Shown: positions 1 to 14,592, numbered from the stretch's first letter. The stretch: 64,000 nt of DNA from Fimicolochytrium jonesii (GCF_025526975.1 NW_026515670.1:1240001-1304000), one strand, 5' to 3'. The notes: a model not told the origin generated them from the letters alone. Made by a program: numbers and translations.

Positions 1-3000
1 TCCAGTTCAACGATCAGCCTGAAGTGTACAATCGGTTCTTGGACATCATGAAGGATTTCAAGTCTCAAGCGTATGTGCCATCGTGGGTTTTCCCTGGCAA
101 AACGGTAGAAACTTACGTCGTACTCTTTTGACAGCCTTGATACTCCTGGAGTTATCAGGAGAGTGTCCGGCCTCTTCCGTGAGCATCCGGAGTTGATCAG
201 CGGTTTCAATACCTTCCTTCCGCATGGCTATAGAATCGAGCCTGGTCCGAACGGCGAAGTTAAAGTGACCACTCCTCGTGACGCGCCGCCATACACGGAG
301 AGTGTGAGCGGACTGCAATCGCTGGGCGAGGGTGCTACGTCTGTCTCCAACGGGACCGCCTTACTTGGGAACCCTTCGATTCCGATTCCGGGATACTTTG
401 GCTCGAGTGGCCTCAACAGCTATCCGCCTGGACCACTGTCCGCCCTACAGATACCCCCTTCAATCCCGCAGGGACCGATACCACCGCCACCATCGTACAG
501 CGCCGCGATTACCAGTGCGTCCAATATCATCAACTCTATGCAATCGCATGGAAGCATGCTTGGACAAGGTCCGGCGCCGCCTGGGTCCAAACCACCTGGT
601 GATGACCGCCGTCCACCGGTCGAGTTTAACCACGCAATCAACTATGTCAACAAGATTAAGGTATGTTTCTTGATGGTATCCTCGTTTCAAGTATCCCACA
701 CTGAATGCGCTTCCACCGCCAATAGAACCGCTTCTCTTCTGAGCCTGAGACGTACAAGCATTTCCTGGAGATTTTGCAGACGTATCAGAAAGAGCAAAAG
801 CCTATTCAAGAGGTGCTTTGTCGTATGGCCGCCTGAAAACTTGGAAACAACTCATTTTCTCATCGCTTCTCCGACCCTAGGTTTATGCACAGGTTCAGAT
901 CCTCTTCAATGGCGCAAATGATTTGCTGGATGAGTTCAAGCAATTCTTGCCAGAACATGGCAACGCCAACCCATTGGGTGGATTCGGCCGCCCCTGCGGT
1001 TTGCCCGTTTTAAGCACAATCAACGGCATGGCGGTGCCTCAAGTCCAGACGTCCAGCGGAGCGAAATCCACGTCTCAGGTCACCGGGTCCGGCAAGAAAC
1101 AACAGAGAAGGCCCGCGCCAATGACGGGTAGCGGAGCATCCTCCGTTGCCGGTGGAATCGCTCCAGGAACCACGCCCGGCCCGATCCCTCTACCGCCGCC
1201 GAAGAAGAAAGCTAAAATCGGCAGACCATCCGAAAAACCCAGCACGATCGAGGAGCTTGATTTCTTTGACAAGTGCAAGAAAGTCATCAACAACAAAACC
1301 ACTTACAACGAGTTTTTGAAGATTCTGAATTTGTTCAGTCAGGAAATTATCGAGGCTAAAGTGTTGGTTGAGCGCATCGAGCCGTTCCTGAACCGTGCGC
1401 CTGACCTTCTTGACTGGTTCAAGAAGTTCGTCAAGTATGAAGATGACGAAGTTATCTGTATGTCGTTGTATTCCTCTGCAGCAATGCAACCTTTTTGGCT
1501 GATTTCTGACCTCCGATATACTGTCCACAGACAATATTCCTGCGGAGCGCCCGGACATGAACGTGAACAGCCTCCGGCGGCTCGGGCACAGTTACCGCCA
1601 ATTGCCAGCAGACGTAAGCATCCATTGCTCTGTTCTATGCCGCGACACCTAGCTGATCAATGTATCGTCTCAAACCCTCAAAACGCAGGTGCCACGACCA
1701 AAATGCTCCGGCCGGGACGACCTCTGCAATGAAGTCCTAAACGACGAATGGATCAGTCACCCAGTTTACGTCTCCGAAACGGGTTTTGTCAGCCACAAGA
1801 AGACGCAATTTGAAGAGGCTCTCCACAAATGTGAAGAAGAGCGTTACGAGTTTGACATGAACATCCAGTCCAACTTGCATGTCATTGGGCTTTTGGAGCC
1901 GATAGCGAAGAAGATCCAGGCGATGGGTATCGATGAGAGGAATCGGCTGAAGTATTCCAATGGGTTACCAGGTATCTGAGATGTTGCTTTATGTGGCTAG
2001 TGGTGAATTAAGGCTAATTAGCGGTTGGGTACACGGTAGGGTCATCGAAAACCATTTATCAGAGGGTCATCAAGAAAATATACGACAAAGAACGGGGTGC
2101 TGAGATTCTGGAGGCTTTGCACTACAATCCGGCCGTGGCTGTCCCGGTCGTGCTCAAACGATTGAAGCAAAAGGATGAGGAGTGGAAACGTGCTCAGGTA
2201 GCTACTTGGCTATAGTCGTTGACCATGATCTTTGGAACCGCCTCTGTAACCCTTTTCCCCATCGTCTCTCAGCGTGACTGGAACAAAGTATGGCGCGAAA
2301 TTGATGCCAAGAACTACTACAAAGCACTGGACCACCAGGGCATCCACTTCAAAGCCACCGACAAAAAGACCATGTCCGCCAAGTCCCTCGTCGGCGAAAT
2401 CGAAACCGTTCACGCAGAACAGCGCGGCAAACGGGCCACCACGCTCAACCGCTACCAATTCGATTTCGCGTTCAAGGACCCAGAGGTCTTCAAAGACGTT
2501 CGCGCGTTGCTCCGGATGCAAGCACAGAGCAGCGTCGACACTGACCGTCGCGTCATCAATCTCCTGAATCAGTTCACGAAACGGTTCTTCCAGCTCGACC
2601 AGTACCCCGATGAAGAGGAGAGCGACGATGAGTCTTCACCTTCTAGTGAGGACTCGGAATCGGATGAGCGAAACGGGGATCGCCATCACGGATCGCGCGG
2701 GGCGAATTCTAGCAACCTTTGTCGTAATGTCCTCACGCGGCAGACGGAAGGCACGCTGCCCAATGGACGCGGCATTGGCGACTCTGGGGATGATCTTATG
2801 GACACGGAAGATGATGGTGATTCTATGAAGCCTACAGGGAATGCATCGACTGCTGCTGATCTTCATCCCAATGCCTTGGAACTGGATCCGATGGATTTGG
2901 ACGTTGGCGAGACGAGCGCGGCTACTACGGATAATGGGGAAGAGCGGAGACCCACATATGTCTTTTATGCCAATAGCGCGTTCTATGTTTTGATTAGGCA

Positions 3001-4480
3001 ATATCAGGTATGGCAACCATCATTCTAAACATGATCATGCGAGACTTGCGAGCTGACTTTTTTTGCCGGTAGCTGCTGTACTCTCGCTTGGTGAAGATGA
3101 AAGAAATGGCGAAGAAGCTTTCTGACGAGCCACCAACGACCGACAGAAAAAGCTCGATTGCCAAGGAGCTCGGATTGCAGAAGGACTCGAGTGAGCATTG
3201 GCGCGGACTTTCGATACTATAGCTCCAGCCGATAGCTAATCAACTCCTTTTATTTCCAGTGTCAACCTACGCTGACGTGGACCGCTACAATGAGCTCCTG
3301 CAGGCGTGTTTCGCTTTCGTGACCGGGGATTTGGAAGGGTCTGAATTCGAGGACAAGGCCAGATCTTTGTTTGGTACCTTTGCATATCTGGTGTTTACGG
3401 TGGACAAACTCTGTCAAGCCATCATCAAGCAGGTACGTACATTGATGTTACTGCTGGAGTTTGGATGTTTTCCTTAAACCTTTTATTGTCCAGGCACACG
3501 CTGTAGCAACGGACCAGAAGAGCCTGGAGATCGTCAAAATGTACTACGCCGATCGCGCAAAGCATAGCACGAGTCCCCGGCAGGAGGCCATGTACCGAGT
3601 CAACTCGGAGGCGGTTATTCAGGAGGAGAACCTCTATCGATTGGAATACGTGAGTTGGAGGGATTCTTACCACGAAGAATACAGCGAAACGATGATGCTC
3701 ATACTTCCTCATTCTCCGCAGTTTGTGGATGAATGCGTATTGACAATGCAATTCCTCTCGAAAGACGAGCATATTACCGACCACTCCGTCTCGCAAGAAG
3801 ACCGTTGGTCACTCTACATCGACCGCTTCGTGCAGCTCACCAACACCAACACTGACGCCCTCCCAGTGAGTATCGCTGCCCCCACACGGGCGACGACCCG
3901 CAGAGAACCCTTCTTGAAACGGACGTTGCCAAGCTCAGCGCCCGAGGAACCACCCCTGGACGTGGAAGCCCGCAGCGGCATCGAGATGAAAGTCTGCGTC
4001 AACACCTACAAAGTTTTCTTTGTGGCCGGAACCGAGGACTTCTTTGCACGGGTCGGCCCGACGGCCAGGAAAGGCGTCCTGACCCCCGCTGCTGCCGAGG
4101 AACACGGGCGGAAGAGGAAAGCCCGCATTGATGGTTGGATTGAAGGGCCTTCGGGGTGGAAACGGGGGCTGACTGCTGAGGAGGCTGACAGGAACCTGAA
4201 GGGATTTGAGACGTGGTTGAGTGGACAAGGCGAGGGACGGCTTGTGAAGCGCGCCCGGCGGGACGGTGCGAATGAGTGGAGGAGCGGGAATGCGGCCGCT
4301 GGAATTTCCTCTTTTGCGGCGGCAGTGGGGCCCGCGTCGACGGCAGTGGAGATATCGCCCGCGACGCCATCACCAACGACGGGTCTGCCGGCCGTACCGG
4401 CCGTGCAGCCTGTGCCTGAGAGCAGTGGTGCATCGGCACCGATGGAAGGAGTCGTGCAGGGCGGGGCCGACGCTATATGA
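1..4480 (+). CDS. SIN3: Sin3 histone deacetylase co-repressor scaffold (multi-exon, 5'-truncated by window edge)
   Basis: Spliced translation gives PAH1 (QFNDQPEVYNRFLDIMKDFKSQ|LDTPGVIRRVSGLFREHPELISGFNTFLP), PAH2 (PVEFNHAINYVNKIK), PAH3 (EELDFFDKCKK...YNEFLKILNLFSQEI), the HDAC-interacting region (CSGRDDLCNEVLNDEW...FEEALHKCEEERYEFD) and the C-terminal domain (FTVDKLCQAIIKQ, CVNTYKVFFV). Stop at 4478-4480. Confidence 0.95.
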
Positions 4481-5106
4481 GATATTTTGGGAACGGTCCT
4501 TTCGGTCGGGGCGGATACTCGACTAATACCTAGCGTGATTCCGGGTTTTCCTTTCACCCTTCACATATGGCCGCCATCTTTTCCGCAAGCGGCCCCATAT
4601 AGACTCCTCTTTGCTACGGGGCACATACGGGTACCCCTATCTTGTAACCCCTCATAACACGTGTACCGCGGCTTTGTTTTGATATTCGTTCGGAGTTTTG
4701 AAGAGATATACACACAATAGCTTTTTGTGAAACTGGTCTCTGGTTTTGATGCGGGCTGTTCCTTTTGTTTCAATCCGACAGAAATCTGGACTAGGCGCCA
4801 GAAAACGAGAAACTAGGGACTCGGTCCTGGCATATACATAAATACATGAACAGATAGGTACTATGTATGTGTGTCTAAAGTGGTTGCCCCGGGGTGGCCC
4901 CCCGGTGTGAGCACGACGGCGGACGCCGAGGCGAAGTGAGACCACAGGAATATACAACAGCCATTGCCACAAAGAGGTGGACGTGAACGGCATTTGGTGC
5001 AAAGCGCTTCGCGACGGCATGGAGGATACAGCAAGAGTTTTCTCAGGCAGCAGGCCGCCGCCCATTCCGACCCTCCGCTGTCTTCCCCCAAACCGCCTTG
5101 TCCTCT

Positions 5107-8100
5107 CTAAGCGTTCTTCGCACTCTCCGCATGCAACTCGGGAAACACCACCTCGAAGATCTGCTCATACCACGCCACAAATTTTACGTCCAGCCCCTGC
5201 TTGACATAATCCGGCAGCTCCTCCCAATCCGCGCGGTTGGATTCCGGGAAGATGATGGTTTTCACGCCTGATCGTTTCGCGGCAATCGTTTTCTCTTTCA
5301 CCCCGCCGATTTTGAGGATCTTGCCTGTTAGTGTGATTTCGCCCGTCATGGCGACGTCGGGTATCAGCGGTTTGGAGAGGGAGAGGGAGAGAAGGGAGGA
5401 GACCATTGTGGAGCCGGCGGAGGGGCCTGGGGAGAAGAAAAGGAATATCCGGATTGGACACCGAGATTGTGGACGAAGACATTCGGATGGAGCTTCAGGC
5501 CCTTACCATCTTTCGGAGTCGCGCCCTCAGGAACGTGCAGATGCACCTGAGCCTTGTCAAAGAACTTGTTATCCGGGAACCGTTTGGCCATGAACGATTT
5601 CGCGTACGTGTAGGCGATGGTGGAAGACTCCTTCATGACGTCGCCCATCTGGCCCGTGCGGTGGAAAGACGGTTTGCCCGTTTCGGAAATGGTGGACTCG
5701 AGGACGGATTCGATGTAAAGTGCTGAGCCGCCTGTACAAGAGGATGGAGCGGATGCAGATCGGCAGAAGTGATGAGAATGGGGACGGAGGACCACCGAAA
5801 GAAAGCACAACGATGAGTTCAGAGGGCCACCTTACCCATAGACGTCCAAGCCAACCCCATAACAACCCCCGGCGGCGTCTGATCATACATCCGATCAGAC
5901 GTAAACACCGGGCTGCCCACATACTCCTTCAAATTCTCCGGCGTAATCTCATACTTCGTCGCCTCACTTCCCGGCTCCTTATCCTCCTGCACAATCTTGA
6001 ACGCCGTCTTTCTGTAGATCTTGTCAATGTGCTTCTTCAGGTTCCTGACGCCGCTTTCCCGGCAATAATGGCGGATGAGCGATTCGATGGCTTCCGGTTG
6101 CAATACGACATCGGTTTCTTTGACGCCTGCGGATTCGCGGGCGGCGGGGGCGAGGTATTTTGCAGCGATGGCAACCTTTTCTTCCGCAACGTAACCGGAC
6201 AGACGGATGATCTCCATGCGGTCGAGTAATGGCGCGGGGATGGTTTCCAGCATGTTGGCAGTGCAGACGAAGAGGACTTTGGAAAGGTCGAGGGGGATGT
6301 CCATGTAGTGGTCGAGGAAGGAGTTGTTTTGTTCGGGGTCGAGGAGTTCGAGGAGGGCGGAGGCGGGGTCGCCTTGGTGGCCGCGGCCGAGTTTGTCGAC
6401 TGGATGGGGAGGGTAGATATAAACGATGAGACGACTGGAAAGGCACTTCCAAGAAAGCTACACGTATACGTACTTTCGTCGATCATGATGAGAGGGTTCT
6501 CTGTCTGCACCTTCTTCAATGCCTGCACCACCTTTCCGGGCATTGCGCCGACATACGTCCGGCGGTGTCCCTTGATTTCAGCAACGTCTGTAAGTCCTCC
6601 TACACTGAACCTGAAGAACTCTCGCCCCAGTGCTCGTGCGATGGACTTTCCGATCGATGTCTTTCCAACACCTAGCAATAATACGGGGAAACACCTGATT
6701 AGCACCCTGAAATGAGATCAGATGTCGATTGTAGTTCAGACATACCAGGAGGCCCTTGTAAGCAAATGATTTTGCCCTCCACAGTTCCGCGCAATTTGCC
6801 GACAGCAATGAACTCCAAAATACGGTCCTTCACGTCTTTCAGGCCGTAGTGATCCTCATCCAGAACAGTTGCGGCGTGTCTGATGTCAAAGTTCTCCTTG
6901 CTGTGTTGGCCCCACGGTATTTGTGTTATCCAGTCAAGGTAGTTGCGGGTGACATTGAACTCGGAGGCGGCGGGTTCAAGTGACTGCAGCTTGTTGATTT
7001 CCTGTGGTCCGAATAACGTCTTCATTCCATGTCCACTGGAAGGGGAAAGTCACGTCATAATGAAAACATACCTCATCGAAAACCTTCTTGACAGCCTCCG
7101 GCATGTCCAACTTGGCAGCTCTTTGCTTGAACTTCTCCGTCAACTTGTCCTTTCCATCACTATCGATGCCCAGTTCCTTCTTGATGCCCTTCAGCTGCTC
7201 CATCAAGAAGTACTCCTGCTGCCGCCTGGTAATCTTCTTGTCGACCTCCTTGGCGATATCCTGTTGCAGCTTTGCATTTGCCAATTCGTTCTTCACGACC
7301 GACAGAGCCTTCATCAATCTCTCCTCGATTTCCAAACTGTCCAGCACACTTTGCAGTTCGCTTGGTTCGCCTGTCGAGACGGCTGCGGCGAAATCGGCCA
7401 GTTTAGCTGGGTCCGCGAACGCACTGCCGCCCGTTTGGATGGAGAAGGTGATGATTTGATCGCGGAGAAGAGGGTTGATATTGGAGATCTCCTTCAGCAC
7501 GTTGAGCATTTCGGAAGTGATGGCTTTCACGACGTTGTTGCTGGCATTGAAGGGCGCGTCGGTCATGTTCTCAACATTGGCGAGGGAGACGCGGTAGTTG
7601 TGCAGGTGCTTGTTCATAGGTAGGTACTCTGGTAAGAGAAAGGTGTTAGAATGCACGGGTTTACAGTAAGGATCAATAGGTTGACATCCTCGTTCTCACC
7701 TTCTGCGCCTTCCTCACTGACATCGCCCTTGATCGAATTCGGAATCGAGCCCACGCTACCTTCTGCTGTTGCCTCCTTGGCGGCATCTGCGTCAGACGAA
7801 GGCGCGTCCGCAGCCTTCTCTGTATCGGATGCTGTCTCCTTCTCCTTCTCCTTCTTCGCGTCCATGGCAGCCTGTTGCCGCATCTTGATATTTGCGAGAT
7901 CAGGTGGACCTACTACGCCCGTCATTCTGATACGGCGATGTGGGTACACAACTACCGTCAGCGCCTCGTTGCCCGGTCCTGCCTGATATATGTTGGTGAT
8001 CTGCGCAAATACTCCGACAGGATGCACCTGGTCCATGTCGCCAATCACATCGTCCTCCAATTCGTCGTTTTTAGACAGGAAGATGCCGACGTACGGCTGA

Positions 8101-8822
8101 TTCCGATGCATCAGCTCCTGAATCGCTGCAATCGCCTGCGGATCCTTGATGTACAGGGATTTGTAGAAACCGGGAAACAGCGGCCGCCGGTTCAGCGGAA
8201 TCGCCACTAGCTGCGGGTACTCTTTGGGGACAGTCACCGTTTGTAATGCGTTGGCGTTAATCTCCGTTGTCGAACCGCCGGGGTTCTCGCTTATAATTTT
8301 ATGCGCTAAATCGTCGCCATCGCCGCCATCTGCTGGTGGCGCTCCTCCAGCGGCTTCCCCGGAACCTTTGCCTTCCGCAGACGCATCGTCGCGTACTTTG
8401 CCATCCTTCCCGTCCTCCGCTATGCTCGTTGGGTCTTTGTGCCCATCCTCTTTGCCTACACCTTCCTCCTCATCCTTCTTCTCCGTCGGTTTTGGTGGTG
8501 ACCGGTTTTCCGCGTCCTCTTTCTCTTCTATCTTTCCGCGCGTATTCTTCTTTGAGTCGTCCAACAGAGTCCTCCCAGTGGAAAAAGTCCGCGCGTTCAA
8601 AGAGTTGATGAGGCCGTAGCGGGGGAGTATTCCATCGGCACGCAATGGCGGGGTGGGGGAGGTGAGGAGGTTGGTAGTCTCTAAAGATAATCTATTCGAA
8701 GTTGAATACAGCCTGGAGGCGCCCGGTACGGATATGCGCAACGGGCTTGTGCTCTGTGTTATTCGCTGTATCAGGCTGCGAGGCAGTGATCTCGAAAACG
8801 GTAGGAGGACTTCGTGGTGCAT
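5107..8822 (-). CDS. PIM1: Mitochondrial Lon protease (multi-exon)
   Basis: Arg/Ser-rich presequence, Lon N-domain ([10 protein letters not shown]), Walker A GPPG|VGKT split by an intron, [16 protein letters not shown], catalytic [15 protein letters not shown] and [10 protein letters not shown]. Confidence 0.95.
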
Positions 8823-9573
8823 GGTGGGAAAATGCCTTAAACTCTACAAGGGAATGGGATTACGGTGAAGCCTCCAAAAAAGCCAAGAATATAACTTCGC
8901 ACTGGCAAGTCGATGAGGCAGGTCCCAGGATTGGCGGCTTGTCTGTATGTGCTCAGTGTACAGGACGTCTCCCAGTCTATACTACGTGCAAGTTGCAGTT
9001 GGAGCGGGAGCAGGTTGAGGCTTTCGAAGCCGGAATGCGTTCCGAGGTTGTCATGCTTTGCGTGTCGCGTTCCTCTCGTTCCTCCCGGGTGCGGAGTAAC
9101 CCCCGGAGATTAGCGGCATTTGAGCCGCGAATTGCGACATTTGCTTAGGCGCGCTAAACTGAATCATCTTGCTCGAGGGCTAGCGTCTAATGCCTCAGGG
9201 TCCCATATGGAAAAGGCTGTTCCTTCCTGTTCCTTCCCGATATCAGACTTCGGTTCCGCACCGCTATGCTCAGGACCACCTTGGCTTCCGCAGCGTTGAG
9301 GATTCGCCGGCCCGCTCTGGTTGTCGCCAGCAAATCTCAGATGTATCAAAAGCTGGCCGGGGAAGTTTTGGACCAGGGTCACCTCGAGTTTCTGTCAGGG
9401 TCGGAGGCGACTGCACCTCGACAAAGGTAAGTTGCAAGCGTACTGGATACATATGATTCCTTATGCCGTACATTCATTTACGAGCAGCTATCTATCTATC
9501 GGTGGGATGTCATTCGCTTGCGAACGTAACCCCTACATCTAAAATCAGGCAAATTGTATGTAACCTAAATCCT

Positions 9574-10410
9574 TCAGAGACTGAGCTTGGCCTCCTCAGC
9601 AACGATAAAGGCAATTTGCTGGGTGGTCTTGGCAAGACCGACGGGTATTGTAGGAGGCACCCATCCTTCGTTAAATGGCAAACGCTCCTCGATAAACAGG
9701 GCGTCAAGGTAGGCAGTGGGAATCGTGTCACCGAACTGGTGGCCAAAGTAAGCCAAGATCAGTCCCGCTTCACCGTGAGCAATGGTGGCGTGGATGGGGT
9801 CGAATGTGTAGTAAGGGTTGTTGGCCTTCGATTGCTTTTGGCGAAGGAGACGGATGCCGGCGAGGGATTTGGCGTCGATGTGGCCTGTTGAGGGGTTTGC
9901 GAAGGAGATGAACTCGTTGTACATCGTGCGGTTGAATGTATAGTTGTCCTGGCCGTCCACGTAGTCTTTTCTAGACAAACTGGCGTCGTGCTCGATACCT
10001 GTTTGAATGTTAAGCCGCAGGTCAGCAAACGATGTCATCTGAGGTAAACGGGAAGGATGAACACATCAACCACTTGACCCCGTACCGTTGTGCTTGCGAA
10101 GGTCGTCCAAACCCATCGTAATCGCCAAACCGTCCAGATGGGTCGGCACACGCACAGCAGGTCCACCGAATGCCAACGTTGATGCCAAATCCACGGCAAC
10201 GTTCATCGACACCTGGGCCGAAACGAACTTGGTGAGCTTGATTCTCATGCCATCGCGATCGAGAAGACCGTGGTTCGCAAAGGAGTTCAGGACCGGGCAG
10301 GGGCCGCGGATGTCGCTAGGGCCGGCCGGGTGCCATTGAGGGACGCTCGCCGCCTGGGCGAGATTAGAGACGGCAATAACGATGGCGACGACGGACTTGT
10401 AGGTGAACAT
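9574..10410 (-). CDS. Secreted heme-thiolate peroxidase / unspecific peroxygenase (chloroperoxidase family); exons 10410-10086 and 9998-9574
   Basis: Signal peptide (MFTYKSVVAIVIAVSNLAQA), proximal-Cys motif RGPCPVLNSFANHG, HNG|IEHDASLSRKD (EHD motif) and C-terminal EERLP..GW. Confidence 0.88.
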
Positions 10411-13400
10411 GGCGGGAGAGGGACGGTTGAGAAGGATGTGAGGAAGAGGGTCCTAGCCAGACCACATTGCTCTTTTATATCTTTCTAACGCATGCTCATC
10501 GCAACGTACACCTTTCCTTCTCGACGATGCACGTTCTCTTCCGACAGATCGTCCTGTCCAGAAGGAACTGTACGTCATTTTCGCTGTCCAATGCCCGCAA
10601 AGATCCAAAAGATCACAACCACAAAAGAATGCGCTGCGGACACAGAGCTGCCACTGCATCATTGATCAGATCTTCCTGTGTAGCGTCCAGCAAAATACAG
10701 ACAGTATTCGGTATATGCAACATTGTCCGCATCCACCCGACACGGCAGGCATATCCGGTGGGCGACTTGCACGCGTGTTTTGTATCGAAAACGGACAAAG
10801 TTCTGTGTTTGGACGCGTGGGATCGACAGGAAAAAGGATCTGGTTCGACTGCTACCTTTTTGCCATATCTATCGGCGAGACATGACGAAATCCCACATAT
10901 GTGCAGACACCCTTTTCTCTGGATTTCCTCGTAGTAGCGAGACCGAGGGAAAACGTCTTTGTCCATTCGCCAACCTTTTTTCTGCGATGTGTTCCTCAGG
11001 TGTTGTTCTCGAGAACCGTTGGGTTGCACACGCGTTATGTAAGCAGGGTTGGCTTCGTTGGATTCTACGAGGTTCAAGGAGAAACAACTCAGCATGCCTT
11101 TCGCTATCAGATCCCCAGGGGAAGCCAACCCAGCTGACTGACTTTTACGCCCCGGTGACTTCGGAATGCAGGGGAAGCCACCCGGATGCCCCTTTTCCTG
11201 ATGCATGTGTAGAATCCAGGGGATCAATCGAGCTGATAGTTTTGGAGGACGAGGTGTGAAAGGGGCGTTTGTGCTGACGAACTTCACGGTGAAAGCTGCC
11301 CCAAGAACTACGGTATGAACAGCTTCAACGCGTCTTTCGCGTCATATCATACGGTATAGAGGCTTATGTCCTTTGGGGAGGGTTAGAGATATACTGTATG
11401 TGGGGCTGTACCGAGAAGTAGTCAGATCCCAGGATCCTCTCTTTCTGGTGCATATCCATGTATATCCTATCGCATCACGCATAACCCTTTCTATTGCATC
11501 GGCAACACACCTGCTGCATGCTCGTTGCACTGGGTGGAGGCGCGTTCCATTCCGTCCCTGGTGATGGTCCGGGCAAGTATAGACCTCCAGCGCCCGACAC
11601 TATGCGGAACAAAGTGGGCGCAGCGGCTTTGTCGAATGCTCGGTAACATAGTATGGTGGAAAGTCGGCACGTTAGTTTTTACCTTCTGATCGAGACATAT
11701 GTATTGCTCTAGTGAGATATACCAGTAGCGGACAAGTGCCTAGCGACAGCCAAAGGTCTCAATTATGCGTAGGCGAAGGAGATTATTTGGCGCGATGACC
11801 AAGTCAGAGCACTGGTAGAAAGACTAGGAAATGTTCAAAGACAGAAGTTGGATCCCTGTTTTGTTGAGAACCTTTTCTTTGCTTTTCTCTTTTTCTTGGT
11901 GACAGCCTTCTCCTGATTTGTAGCCATTGAAAGTTGCGAGTTCGATCCCCGCTTTCTGAGAAGCGCTTTAGTCTCATTCCGAACCCGCACTTTCTCAGAT
12001 GTCCAACGCAAAGATGCGTTTTGACACGTCTCCTAAACTCGAGATCATTTCCGGGAGATAGCTAAATTAGTTATGAAGGCATTTCATGAATCCAAAGAAG
12101 TTCAAGGAAACCCTACTCTTCCTGTGACCGCAGCTTAGCAATATCAGCCGCTTGTTGTAAGCGCCAGCCGGGCACCCAACAAGACACGTTCAGCGCGGCC
12201 CGTCGTCTGATCCATTCGATTATGGTGGCGTGAGACTCGAGATGTGGAGCACAGAAGCCAAAGCCACAGTGTTGCGGAAAGTGAGACGCATTGCTATGAA
12301 CCCTTAAACGACGCCGGAGCCAGCACGGTGCAATCTTGCGTACGCATACGGGTGCGCTGAGGCTGTCGCCAGGCCGTTGGAGCTATGGGTCGGCTCGGCG
12401 CTACGTTCCTACAAAACCATATCCCGGATGCGTCCCTTTGAAAGCCGTTGACAAATAGGCATGAGTTTGGCACTCCTGTTTCACGTCAGAGTCTATTGTT
12501 TCGGTGGTCCGCCTTTGGGACGTACTCCGATGCGCTTTGGCTACCGTTTACTGTCATGGGGCGTATAGCAAGCACTGCCTTGAGACGTCCGACCGAAGTG
12601 CACAGATGGAGGAAGAAAGCATTGGTTCTTGTTCATTTTGGAGGATTGGAATGCCGTTTCTTCTCCTCAGTGAGCCGATTCTGAGGAGGTCCAGCGGTAT
12701 CGAGTTGCTCGGTTCACTCTGCCGTCTCTGCGCTGGAGTCGGGAGTCGGATGTCATCACGTTCGCAACCGCGCTGAAGTCGAACGGTCGGTTGCAACTTG
12801 ATAGATCTAGAGTTGATAGCGAAGTTGCCGAACATCCGAAATGCGGCATGTGAGGTCGTGCGACGATGGCGAGAATATTCCAAGAAACTTTTCGATAATC
12901 CACACTTAACTGTGAACTGGTGTTCAAAGTTGGACTCGTAAACGGACATTCGGATTGTTTCCCGTGTTCTTCCTCCTCCGAAGTCCCTTTCAAACTTTCA
13001 ATGTCACGGTTCCGCCACTAATCTCAGAGGAGAGCCTATACTCCACATGCTTGTGTTGGACGGCATCTCAGGATCACATGCCCTGTTTCTTCATTCAGCC
13101 ATCGCTCAGGCCGCCCAACGGCTGGGTTGCCGCCTTGCACTGATTGATGGGCAGCTCGATCTGCGCTTTAAGTGAGCCGACGCCTCGAGCAATAAGACGA
13201 GCATACTTGGGAAGGAAGAATGGGCAAACGGACGTTGGAAGGAATCTTTGCTGCGACCTCATGACAGATGCTTGGCGCGGGCTTTATTTGATGCATGTTG
13301 ATAAACGGAGTTCTGAGCCGATACTTGGCAGGATCCATCAAATGCTTCGTTCATTGATTGCTATGAATTGCGCTATGGATTGCGAACTTCCCCGTCGGCC

Positions 13401-14592
13401 CCAGCGTCGGCCCGCGTAACCGCCGGAGAAGACAGCCGTCCGGGGTCTTTCAACGTCTGGCATCCAGGGTGTCCATCGGTGGACAAGAGAAGCATCGGTG
13501 GACACCGCAATGGCGGTACCATGCAGCACGATGGCTGCAGTCTTTGGGTCTTTTGGCACCCTGTACAGTACTGTATGTGCTAGAATGGGTGCCCTGCTCT
13601 AGGAACTCTATAGCGAGGACATGCGCATAGCTCCCGAATGCATCCCAGGACGTCGACGCGGCGGCTGAGTCCAACTCCGCGCAACGATCGCAAATTAAAA
13701 ACCTGTGTGTAACTTTTCGTCTTTTGAGGCCAACCGATCTCAAGGCCCCTGTGCAACTTGTATTCGATTTGGTTTTCAGTCAAGCATCTTGTGCTTGGAC
13801 TCTGGGAGGGCAAAGCGCTGTCATTCTGTCAATCTTGGCTGTGACGTGGCTTGCTGCGCCACCTGGCCTTGTACAGTACAACCGTTGCAATTTCGCTGGC
13901 GGAGTTACGCAGCGGCAATGACCCACCAGCGATTCTACCGTTCTTCCTACGCTCGCAAGAAAAAGTCAGTCGCTTGCAAAAGGACTTTCGGCGCTTGGAC
14001 AACCGTTCGGCAGGAGTCCCAGACGTCCGTTCCGTTCGGTCTTTCTTGTGGAGTAGTACCCGCAAACGTTTTCCAACCCCAACCGTAGGCCCGATCCGGT
14101 GGTGTGGGGCGTAGAGATTTGGAATTTCAGCATTTAAGCGGGGTACCGTCAATTTAACAGCTGCGAGCTGTGATGTGGTCATGAGGCCTTGGAACGTCAA
14201 GTTCAACCCTTCTTCCTGGGGCATCCGTTGCTGAGGAATGCCGACGACGCAGCCAGACGCGGCTTCACATACTTGACAGTCCGCCCGAATCGTGAGGATA
14301 CCTGTTCGTACAGTACCACCTTTTAGCCTGAAGGAGATTGGAAACGTGCTTTTCTAGAGCGGGATGTGACGCTGTTTTCACCAGATTTCCGAATGTTTGA
14401 CATGTGGGGGTGTGCAACACAGGAAGAGGCCCCCGAAAGACCTTCCCCCCAGAGGTTGCCGGCGTATTTAAGTTGAGGGGGTCTGAACGCTTCCCCCGCT
14501 TGTCTCAGGAGCCTCACAACCCAACTTCTTGCATCTTGTCCTCAAACGAAACCACAGCTACTTGATTTATTCCCTACGAGGACTTCGCAGCT

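Noticed and set aside
9342..9542. Possible two-exon micro-gene (MYQKLAGEVLDQGHLEF...; donor 9427)
   Set aside because: No recognisable homology, very short, and unsupported without expression data.
11170..11235. LIPWILHMHQEKGHPG (minus strand) resembling an LTR-retrotransposon integrase zinc-finger start
   Set aside because: No downstream CxxC, DDE core, RT motifs or LTRs, so probably chance.
11935..11953. tRNA T-arm/B-box-like GCGAGTTCGATCCCCGC
   Set aside because: No D-arm, anticodon arm or acceptor stem can be built around it, and the stem has a mismatch.
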